Shown piece by piece: positions 1 through 10,280 of a stretch of 64,000 nucleotides of DNA. The stretch's first letter is position 1. Each line of letters starts with the position of its first letter. Below the pieces are notes generated by a model, which saw only the letters and a program-made list of their open reading frames with translations, was not told the origin of the DNA and ran no database searches. Made by a program: the position numbers and the translations under genes. Source of the DNA: Pelomyxa schiedti (Eukaryota > Protista > Evosea); assembly GCA_020536535.1 (NCBI GenBank), contig JAHLWZ010000518.1:1-64000 (forward strand), given 5' to 3'.

Positions 1-320
1 ACCCGCCAAGGCTGACACAGGACCAGCCATTGCCACACTGACACTTTCGCTTGCTCTTGCTGTAGCCAGCGTACTCGTGTTCTGCATCATGCTATGTAAG
101 AAGGCTCCTAAGTAATCAATCACACACAACAAACGCTTTTTTGGACGATTTCGCGTAAAGTGGATCTACCAAAAGTTTTTAAACACAAGACCAAGGCCAG
201 AATCCCAGTATCGTAGTGTAGGCCAAGCGTGCCTTGTTTGTGGTGTTCGTTGTAGGCCACCAAATTGAAGAGATAAAACTGTAAAGTCGCCGCCTCTAGT
301 TACGACCACTACTACACACG

Positions 321-3300
321 ATGAAGGGTGGCATTTTGAGCACTAGTTCCATGAATGGTAGCAGCGTTGACATTGCGGAGGATTTGAGAGGTGGAAGAAA
401 CGGAAAGAAGAAGAGCTCCTCTCCAAGTGGAGGAGGCAATGGCGCCGGCCATTCACCAAAGCAACAGCACAAACCAGTGCTGCACACTCCACCTACGACT
501 AGGACTTCTTCTACTGCTCCGAAGACTCCTTCTGTTAACATTAACACGACGCAACTGTCCCCCAGCAACAAACTGTCACCTCCCACTCAAAAGAAACCGC
601 GGTTTTCCCAAGTTGGCTCCCCTGTTAATACCACGCAACGGAGCGGCAAGGATTTCACACAAGAACAGCAGGAAACTATCCGTGATAGGTGGCATTCCAT
701 TTCCACTCATGTTGCTGCTAGCAGTGACTGGCAAATTGCTGAGGAAATTTCCTCCAATTTAGTTGCTATATCTGAAATCTGCACCTTCTTCCTACACACC
801 CAGCCATCTGAAAATAGTGTTGATCACGATGTTTTAGAAGTGTTAAGGCTATTTGCCTGTCATCAGGTTCTTCCTTTCCCATTGAAATGAAAATTGAATA
901 CACCATAGATTGAGGATACCTTAGGATGTGCGGTGAGTAGAAACTTTGTCGACAGCTTGGTAGTTCACCCTCTTGTGTGCTTGATCAGAAACCTTCGGAG
1001 ATATGGAAGTTCTCCACTGGAGGCAGCAAAATTCCTGGTGGAATATAAAGTAACAACTTACCAATTCTCACCTATTCTTTCTAACAAATCAAGATCAAAG
1101 CTTGTTGTCATATGGATCTCACCTCATATAGAATCATCAAGGAATTCCTGGATAACTTAAATTTTGAATCTCTTGTCATCTACTATCAAGAGACATATGC
1201 CTTAACCTTGTCTTTGGCCATTCATAAGGTTATTCTTTCAAAATTACTAGAGCTCATTTTTTCTAGATGAAATCTTTGAACTGTGACTTTCAATCACTTT
1301 TAGCTCTATTCTGGACCCTCAGGACCGAAACGAACCTTTTCTCTTTGGTGCAAATGCTTTTCATTGCAGCTTCAGCTTCCGAGTTTCTTCATCAGCTTTT
1401 GACAGCTGAGGTATGAGTGAATTCTTTACACTTTCATTGAATTCCTAAAAGAAAAAACGGTTGTATTCTCTTGTTGGGAGTCTACAACGCCCTGCTCTTA
1501 CAAAACAGCAATTTATCAATAAAATAAATGGTATGGATCCATCAGAGAAAGCCTTGAAGACAATGCTATCCATGACTTCAGCGGATGATTTGATTGCCAC
1601 CTTGTCATCAGAAAAAAAAGAGGATGTGACAAAAGAAACAATCGATGCGCTGATAAAACCTTTTGAGAAGGTACCTGCAAGGTCCGAACTCAAGAAACAC
1701 CTGTTGGATACCCCTTTGGCTGTGCCAATACCTGTTTCTTCTGATTCTTCAGAGATTTGGTTGCATGAAAGGTTCCCAGGAGTATTCCAGTTTGACCTCT
1801 CAAGGAGTTGTACTGGTTTGAGTGAGGTTTATTCTGGACTGAAATATCGAAGAGAAGGCATCAGAGACAGCTCAGAGGCTTCCCTTGCTCGCTGGATTGA
1901 CAAGTACTTTGCAGAAACTTTTCACCAATGGAGGAAGTACAATCCAGATGTGGCGGCAAGAAGCAAAGCACCACCAAGGAACAGAACAGAGAAAACTGCA
2001 TCAGTGTCACGAACACGACCAGGCTGGTGGTTTGAGTTTGATGGGAAACTTATGGTCAAAGGTAAGTTTCTCTTGCTTTCAAACTAATTTTCGGAGAAAC
2101 CAAAAGGTGAAGAAAAATGTGCAGACCACCCACAAGGAAAACCAACAAAAGGGTTAACGGAAAAGATTGGTGACGATCCCTGGTTCGAGACTACTTTCAT
2201 CAATTACCTTGTGACCTATGAGACCTCTGGGGCCACTTTTCAGCCCTGCGTGTGTTTTAAAGGAAAAAACCAAAAATATGTCACAGAACACCTGGGTCCT
2301 CCCCTGGACATACTTCAAGAAAATGTTTGTTTAGTTTCATCTTCCTTTTTTTTTTTGTACAAACCTTTCATCACACAGGACAAGCTGCAAATGTTCATCT
2401 TTGCTGTGAATGTTTGCCGATTGATAAAAACATTTGATATGTTTCACCGGGTATGACCCAAAAAACAACAATGTAAACTCATGGCACACAACACAAAAGA
2501 TACCTTTGACTGCAGATATCACACTGAAGAATGAAGAATCAAAGTGTGTTGTTACCCTAAAGAGCAATAGACACATCCACAAGAAGATATCACTCACTTG
2601 GTTTGTTGTTACAATCTCTGGGGTCGGTATAGGGGAGTCCTCTAGCTGACACTTGCCACAGCTCCACTTTGTCTGTTGAAACTTTCCACTCAGTCTACAG
2701 ACGATTACAAGAATATGTCGACGAAACATTGAAGCCTTTCGTAATTCATGCTGTGGATTTCCCAAGAGTTATCAGCAGTGGTAGGAAGACAGCCAGGGAC
2801 ACAAAGAAGAAGAAAACCAAGAGTGCAGAAGAATTAGAAGTAACACTGGCGCCACTTGGTGATGCTCGGCACCCAACCAATGAACTGGAGCTGTTCGTGG
2901 CAGCAGTGAGCACTCTGTTCGGTCTGGCAGGCCTTCACAGCCTTGGAATTGCCCACCGCGATGTGAGGTGGCCCAATCTTGTGTTCAACCCAGAGACGAA
3001 TGCCTGGCTTCTGATCGACCTGGAGTATGCCGCGGAGTTTGGAACATCTCACTCAAAAACTGTTCACCTTCTCGAAAAACCCGTTGATCGCAAGTGCAGT
3101 CCCAAATCAGATGTTTACATGCTGGGAACAATGCTTCGCCGTGCCCCTTTCTGCCAGACCCACCCTGAGAGCTGCACAGAGGTGAAGAAATGGGCAGAAC
3201 TCCTCTCCAGGGAACGGCTTGAGGAACGCCCATCAACAGAAGAGGCCCTCAAGTACATCCTGGAGAACCCACCGCCAAGTGCAAACAAAGATTCAGTGCT

Positions 3301-3778
3301 GAACTGCTGCCCAGCTTTGGCCACACTTCTCAAGTACGATTCCGGAGCAAATCAGTTTCGGCTCAAGAAGCCACTACCCCCAATTCCCGTGCTTCCATCA
3401 CCGAGTGTTGGGGAGGAAGGTGCCACAGACAATGGCAACACTGATGATGATGATAAGGCGGGCACCGCCTCTTCCTCTTCCTCTTCCTCTTCCTCGTCCT
3501 CGTCCTCCTCGCCCTCGCTCTCGTCATCCTCATTCTCGCCATCACCATCCCCGCTCTCCTCAACAACACCACAGGCAAAACCCAAACGAAAGAGAAGACC
3601 CAAAAGAAGGTACGTCTACATTCCAACAAAAAAGGGGACTCCAGGCCATGCAAAGAACTCAAAGAGTACTAGGAGGCCCACAAAGCGCACAAAGGGCAGG
3701 AAGAAACGGGCACCGTCAACTTCTTCTTCTTCTTCATCCTCGTCTTCAGCAAGTCGGACAAAGAGGAAAAAAAGATAA
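321..3778 (+). CDS. Multi-exon Crinkler(CRN)-like protein: PD-(D/E)xK REase-like domain + atypical protein kinase, with Ser/Lys-rich disordered ends
   Basis: Splicing intron 2062-2106 gives 'RPGWWFEFDGKLMVKGEEK', matching the CRN REase 'RPD...GEEK' motif. Introns 2451-2499 and ~2601-2661 keep the frame into the kinase exon with 'AHRDVRWPNLV', 'LIDLEYA' and 'SDVYMLG'. Exon structure of 870-1450 was not fully resolved. Confidence 0.7.
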
Positions 3779-3892
3779 CAAGGCCCTCTTCTTCCTGAGG
3801 AAAAAGCATTCCGCTCAGTCTTTTTGTTTTTTTTCCTTTCGGATCTAGTAGAACTTTCCAATTAACAAAGAAAATCTGTTGGTGTTGGGTGA

Positions 3893-3994
3893 ATGCCGCG
3901 AGTGAAGTCGTCGAAGGAAAGGCCACCAGAGGGATGGGAGGTCGTCGAAGAAACGCTGAACGAACTGGATAAAAAGATGCGCGATGGTGAGTTT

Positions 3995-4042
<48 letters not shown>

Positions 4043-4353
4043 AACTTGTGGACGGTTCGGTGCGCACTGTGTTAACGAGGTATTTCTTAGTGGAAAATGA
4101 ACCGCATGAGGGTAAGAGAAAGGTGGAATCCACGTGGCCAATATTGCGAATACACCACGAACGCACTCGGTGTGTACTCTTCTGACTCAACTAGTTTTCT
4201 TTCTGCTCGTTTTTTGCAGTTAGAAATTTCTTACACTGGTTTCCAGGTACATATACGAAATGTATTACAAGAGGAGAGAAATCACGAAAGAAGTGTATGA
4301 TTATTGCCTTCGCCAGGGCTATGCCGACCCAAACCTCATTGCCAAGTGGAAGA
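3893..4353 (+). CDS. BUD31: BUD31/G10 spliceosomal protein (3' end lost in assembly gap)
   Basis: Spliced product [93 protein letters not shown] is typical of the G10 family. Two introns, the first with a long poly-T tract. Confidence 0.95.
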
Positions 4354-4453
4354 NNNNNNNNNNNNNNNNNNNNNNNNNNNNNNNNNNNNNNNNNNNNNNN
4401 NNNNNNNNNNNNNNNNNNNNNNNNNNNNNNNNNNNNNNNNNNNNNNNNNNNNN
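4354..4453. other. Assembly gap (100 N)
   Basis: Run of N. Confidence 1.
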
Positions 4454-4753
4454 AACCCTGGCCGAAATGTTAGAGTATTAAGAGAGGACAGAACCACAAG
4501 CTCACCTTGAATTGAAAAATCAAATGGCTTGCTGCTTTTCGCGTTCTCGTGGGTGGGTCTCTGAGATTCATCTTGCCAATGGTGCTAAAATCCAGAAGCA
4601 AAATGAAAGAGGCCCACCCACAAGTCCCAGAAAACCCTGGCCGAAATGTTAGAGTATTAAGAGAGGACAGAACCACAAGCTCACCTTGAATTGAAAAATC
4701 AAATGGCTTGCTGCTTTTCGCGTTCTCGTGGGTGGGTCTCTGAGATTCATCTT
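4454..4753. repeat. 121-bp identical direct repeat (4454-4574 and 4633-4753) next to the gap
   Basis: 'aaccctggccgaaatgttagag...gagattcatctt' occurs twice with period 179. Each copy contains a minus-strand intron-like GTGAGC...CAG. Confidence 0.9.
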
Positions 4754-5229
4754 ATGCCGTTCTTTTATGTTTCTTCCATTATTAAAGAACACCAACAAAA
4801 GACCTTCTATTTGTGTTGCATGACATGTTGCGCTTTTGGCATCTCGATTTGCTGGTGTAGCCATGAAACGTAGTATTCGCATCAATAATTATGTTTGCAG
4901 GAATGGGGGCTTCAATGAATGTTTGTTTGGTGAAAAGAAAAAAAAACAAAGAAACGGAAAAAACAAGCAACACAATCAACAAAAACAACAAAAACTAGCA
5001 ACAAACCAAGAACGAAGGAGACTAAACACGTGACGACGATTGCGTTGTGCCCGGTGTTGTTTACGGAATCGAAAAGAAAATTAAAAATGAACTTCCGAAA
5101 AGAAAATAAAGAACCGCTGAAAAGAAAAAAACAAAAAGAAAAAAAAAAAAAAGAAAGACGAAGTCTAAAATTACGCACTTGACGCACTGTGATTGGTTTT
5201 TTTGGAGGTGGTGACGCGAGTTGTGGGAG

Positions 5230-7070
5230 GAGAACAACGCACCCACGCCCGAATGAGACGACGTCGGGGGTCCGCGTGGCAATTGTGGGATGCGGTGCCG
5301 TATTATTGGGGGTTGTCGGCTACTACGGAGTCAGCTTGGCGATTGTGATCGTGAACGTGATTGGGGGTTGGTGGCTCTATTGGTGACATTTTTCGCTACG
5401 GCCTCCCCATGTTGCCTGCGTCAACCATTGTATTGTTGCCCCGGAAGTATTGGCAACATATATTCGTGGCTTAATTATGGGTCTGCCACATCGCGCTGGT
5501 AGTGAGTGATGCATCATCCACTCTCGTGTACATCAACTATTGTGTATATCGATGCAACATCATTTTGTTCGCCCTCCGATCGGCTTCCATTGTTGTGGTG
5601 CCGGTTATTGACCACTGAGGAAGGAAATCCATTGGGGTTTTGGTCTTGGTGGATTTTCCCCTCCAGGTCTCCGCGAGATGTGTCACTGCGCCAACCGACA
5701 CACATCAAAAAAACCGCTTCTTCTAAAATTGCAGCATGGACCAGCCTCGAAGATGGTATTGATTTCCCTCCCAGTAAGAAGTGCAATCACTCACCATGGC
5801 TTGCCATTTGTGCTACTCAACTGCTACTGCCAGTGCTAACCACTTGTTACAAATGTCACAGGGTGCAAGCTTGAAAATGGGCTTCGAAAATACTCACGTA
5901 ATTCCCCCCTTGGAGTTCTGATGGAGAGCACTCTCGAAGTTATAATTGGTACGTGAGTTTCTTCTTTGACACGTGGCTTATGTGATTTGTTGGAAATACA
6001 GGAATTTATCCACTCTAGATAATCAAGCAATAAGACATTGTGGCGTAGCAGGCAGTCAAGTCAAACAACAACCCTTTGTTACATGACTTGATTGTTCAAG
6101 CCACTCCACGGTCACGTAATTCCATTTGAGTACAAATTGAAATTTACTTTCTGGATAGTTTTTACACCCCACAGAGCGGCCACTTTTCGACCTAACTCCA
6201 CAGAATCACGTCCACAATAGAATTCTGCACGCGTTTTGTTGCATTCTAGTAATTGTTATCTGACAACAGAGTGCCACAAGTGCAGCATTTGTCTTGCTCG
6301 CATTTACATTCACTTAGCTCATCGAATTGAACCTTTTATCAAGCCACTCTGCAATCTCAGGGTTGTTGCCTGCAACTACCCGTAAAAGAGCTCCCTCAAG
6401 GTCACTGTCTGTAAGAGTGATTATCAATTACTGCTTACACAGGATGAGAACTGGACGGACTGTATCCCAACAGTGGTTGAATTGGCTCTACTGAAGTGCT
6501 TTTTTTCATCTCCATTCCTACCCTCACATAACAGCGTGCTTCAATGGCTTATGTGATTTGTCAGACATAAAGGAACCTATCTCACTGTACATATTCACCA
6601 AAGAAGACATTGTCCGTCGCCTATCAGTTGGAGGTGGCGAGGCACTATCAACCGGCACTATCGGCCAAATCTGTCAAGTGGTTGGTCCAGGAGTTTCATT
6701 TAAGTGAGGACCAAGTCAAGTCGAACAACAACTCTTTGCTACATGACTTGATTATGGACAGCCACACAAGCTGCGCAGTGGTTTGTGGTAATCCGGGGCC
6801 TTCCAAGCAATAAAGAGGGATAACTTTGGGTATCTATTATTCTTCATTTACTCTGGTTCTAGTTCGAGTTGCAGGTGCTAACTGACGTCACAGCTTGACT
6901 CTTGAGCCAGGTTGGGTCCTCAGTCTAGAGTCTAGTCATAGTGGGTGCGCCCACAGGTTGATAGCACACTCCACATCACACTGGATGAGGTGAAGTCGTT
7001 CCTTTTTTTCTTACTCAAAATCAACGCAACACAGGTTTTGAAGATTTGGGAGCGTGCACCCGAGTACACA
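5230..7070 (+). pseudogene. Degraded relic of a lineage-expanded helical/ankyrin-like repeat family, with internal partial duplication
   Basis: Fragments such as 'AWQLWDAV' and 'SVKWLVQEFHLSEDQVKSNNNSLLHDLI' are interrupted by stops. 5974-6103 is a deleted, diverged copy of 6545-6763. Confidence 0.5.
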
Positions 7071-7305
7071 GAGTGCCCCTGCTACATCAAGCTGTCAGTG
7101 TTGCGAATGCCGTAAGTCAAACAGCCACCGTGGCTGTATGAACACTGGCCAAGTCACAAACACTGGCCTCGTGATAGTATGAGCTAGCTGGGTCCGGTTG
7201 TTGCTTGAGAATAGAACATCTTTACAATTCCGATACTGAAAAACACCTGTTTTTTTTCCTTTTTTACGATCCGCACAGAGAAAGAAAAAAGTGTAAAGAG
7301 AAGAG

Positions 7306-9065
7306 ATGCAGCCACGAGCAACACAGACAGTCACTGGGCAATCAGGCAAAGTAACGTACACAATAACCAAGACAACGACGAATGTGCCTGGTTCCCCTTC
7401 TTCGTCGGCCACAGCAGTCACGACCACCACCAGCAGCAGCAACAAAAACGGCAGCGGCACACTGACCACAAACCAACCCCAACCCACTGTGCCCGCCAAG
7501 TCCCCCCCCACAACTCCCACTCCCGCCGCCGTGCCGTCCTCCCCATCGTCGTCGTCGTCATCCTCATCACCACCACCACAGCAACAGGGTGTTGTTGGGG
7601 GTGATGGAGTGGCAAAGGCAAAGAAGAGAAAGAACAAGGGGAAGGGGAAGGGAAAGGCCAATACAGCACAGCAAAACAACAACCCAAATGCAAGCACCAC
7701 ACCCGGCGGCGCTGCAACAACAACAACAACAAACATCAACATCAGCAGCAGCACCTCGGCTTCTAGCTCAACCAGTGTCACCCACCCCACTGGAATCAAC
7801 GCTGTCACTGCCACTGGTGGTGGTTCTAGTTGTGCTGTTAATCCTCCGGTTTCTGCAGCTGCACAACCCACGACTGGGGGGGGCGGAGGTGCTTGGGGAC
7901 GTGGCCGCCCTAACTTGATGGGTGTCACTTATCAGACGCAACCCCAAGCCCGCACTTCGCCTGTTTCTGCAGCTGTTCTGACACCTGTCCAGGCTCCACC
8001 ACAGTCTACCGCTAAATTCTCCAGCGGAGCTTCTTGCACACCGGCAACCGGAGGAGCCACTGCCGTCCCTAGAAGCATGAGGTATTGTGAAGTGGAGAAT
8101 TTGCAATGGAGTTCTCATTTTCCTCACTCCAATCATTTGCAGACCAAGTGGTACGAGGGAATGGGCATCACAGACACTTAACTGTGTGCTGGGGTGTGAA
8201 CATGACTGCAAGTATTGCTATGCGAAATATGACGCATGTGAACGCTTTGGTAGAATTCCACCTGACCAATGGTATGTCTCCATTCTCTCGCGTTGTAAAC
8301 TCATCTAGCCTTAGGACCAAGCCAGTCATAAGATGGAAAGAAGTTAACAAACCACGCCCTTTTGTTGAGGGAACAACAATGTTCCCCAGTACGCATGATA
8401 TTACTCCATCAGTCGAAGGTCCCTGCATCACAATGCTCACGAATATACTTGTATGTGAAGCTCATTATGCGACTTCCTTCTTACACAAGTTATACAGCGT
8501 TCAGGAAACCAAGTTCTCATTGTGAGCAAGCCGCATTTGTCTGTTATCCAGCACATGTGTGAAGCGTTCACCCCATTCAAGAATCAAATACTCTTCCGCT
8601 TCACAATAGGTGCCATGGACGACACAATACTGCAGGTTCTTTCCTTTAACTTCTTTATGCACTGTGTAATACTCACTTCTTACTTAGTTCTGGGAACCCG
8701 GAGCACCGCCATTTGCCGAGCGGCTTGCTTCTCTGAAGCATGCCTTTTCACAAGGCTATGGCACTAGTGTGTCTGCAGAACCTATGCTCGATTCAGACCA
8801 CGTGATTGACCTATACTCCACACTGGAGCCATTTGTCACCGACTCGATATGGATCGGGAAGATGAACAAGCTGGACACCAGGTGCACTGCGTTGCTCTCG
8901 ACTCCAGAAGGAAGGCACCACATAAAGGCTATAGAAAGGGGTCAGACTGACCAGAGAATCCGTGAGATATACAATGCTCTGCATTTGGCTGAAAAAGTGA
9001 AGTGGAAGGAGTCAATAAAGCAAGTCATGGGGCTACCATCAGGAGGTGTTGGTGATGATATGTGA
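7306..9065 (+). CDS. Radical SAM protein, prokaryotic SplB/DNA-repair-photolyase-like type, with a long low-complexity N-terminal extension
   Basis: Introns 8082-8142, 8272-8314, 8451-8497 and 8636-8687 give one continuous frame: 'SGTREWASQTLNCVLGCEHDCKYCYAK...MFPSTHDI...LIVSKPH...FRFTIG...WEPGAPPFAERLASL...TSVSAEPMLD...IWIGKMN'. The CxxxCxYC [4Fe-4S] motif is intact. Confidence 0.85.
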
Positions 9066-9166
9066 GAGTTTGGAAAATGAATGTTTATTGTTAAAAGAAA
9101 AGCTGTTTTTCTGTTCATTTTAGCTCATAGCTTTTTACATAAGCTATTGGTTTGGTTACTGAAACA

Positions 9167-10135
9167 CTACTCGTAGAGGTGATTTTGTGCCATGTACGTG
9201 ATTACGGAATCAGGAACAAGGTATTTGACAGACTTGTGGTCATGTACGAGGTTCCTGTTTAATAATGAGAATGAAATAAGCTCTTGTTAAACAACCTGAC
9301 AGTAGTGGAGCTAAGGTCATTGACATGGGAAGCGGGAATGATATGCACACGGTCCTTTTTTTTGGTGATTAATTTAATGATGAGACGTGTATTGCGTACC
9401 ATATGTGGCATCAAAACGGGGTATGTAGCAAAACGGGAAGTATCGGTGCCTGGTCTTTCAACACATACTACACCGTACTGAGAGAGAATTTCTTCCATCT
9501 AAAATAATAAGGCTTTGAATTAACAAATTCACATCTTACTTGTTCCGGAATCCAACACCCTGGTTTATTAAATGAATCCAGTAAGTCTGCTCCACACACC
9601 AAAAGTGGAATAACCTCTGCCAAAAAAAGTTACGAAGTAGAACCAAATAATGATTTACCTGCGCCAAGTTTCTCAGTCATTAATTGTCTGTAATGCCTGA
9701 GAACGATGAGGGTTCGTGTATAAGTAGGTTGACTGCATTCCCAGTCCTCTGCAGTCCAGTCGGAACTGGCAACAGCGAGCTTTTTATCGTATATTAGTTT
9801 CCCAATGAAATCCAGCCAATTAAGATAATACTATGTGTGCCATACGGTGCACATGGCAAGTCGCTGAGCAGAAGGCAACAGACCAGACTTGGAGTATTTG
9901 TCATTGGCTGGTGATACGCAGCCTCCCACCACATTGGCACCCAAAGAAACACAGTAATCTCTCACGGTTTCTGGATGATAATGAAGACATAAGTAAGTCA
10001 CGCTACCCAAGGGGAAAAAAGAAAGACGACGGAGGCACCTAAGTTACGAAGATGGATGTAGTGAATGGGATTGAAAGATCCGCATTGAACCAGGTACACG
10101 TTCTTCGGCATGACTTTAGTAACGGCACTGGCCAT
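9167..10135 (-). CDS. NMNAT: Nicotinamide/nicotinate mononucleotide adenylyltransferase
   Basis: Motifs 'CGSFNPIHYIH', 'SPANDKYSK', 'CGADLLDSFNKPGCW', 'YGVVCVERPG', 'NDLSSTTVR' and 'SVKYLVPDSVITY' across several exons. Confidence 0.95.
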
Positions 10136-10280
10136 TTCTTTGGTTTCTTTGTTTTCGAGAAGAGACCTTGTCAAGTTCCAAGCCAAAAAAAAATTGATTG
10201 CCCTGCTCTCGATCTCTCGTGTCAAACGAACGAAAACACAACAAAAAAACAAAATAAACCAAAGGCGAGAGGGAGGTCCA

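Noticed and set aside
2434-2660. Apparent frameshift and stops suggesting the first gene is a pseudogene
   Set aside because: Removed by canonical introns 2451-2499 and ~2601-2661.
3669-4190. Minus-strand ORFs with poly-Lys
   Set aside because: They are the antisense reading of the poly-T tract in BUD31 intron 1.
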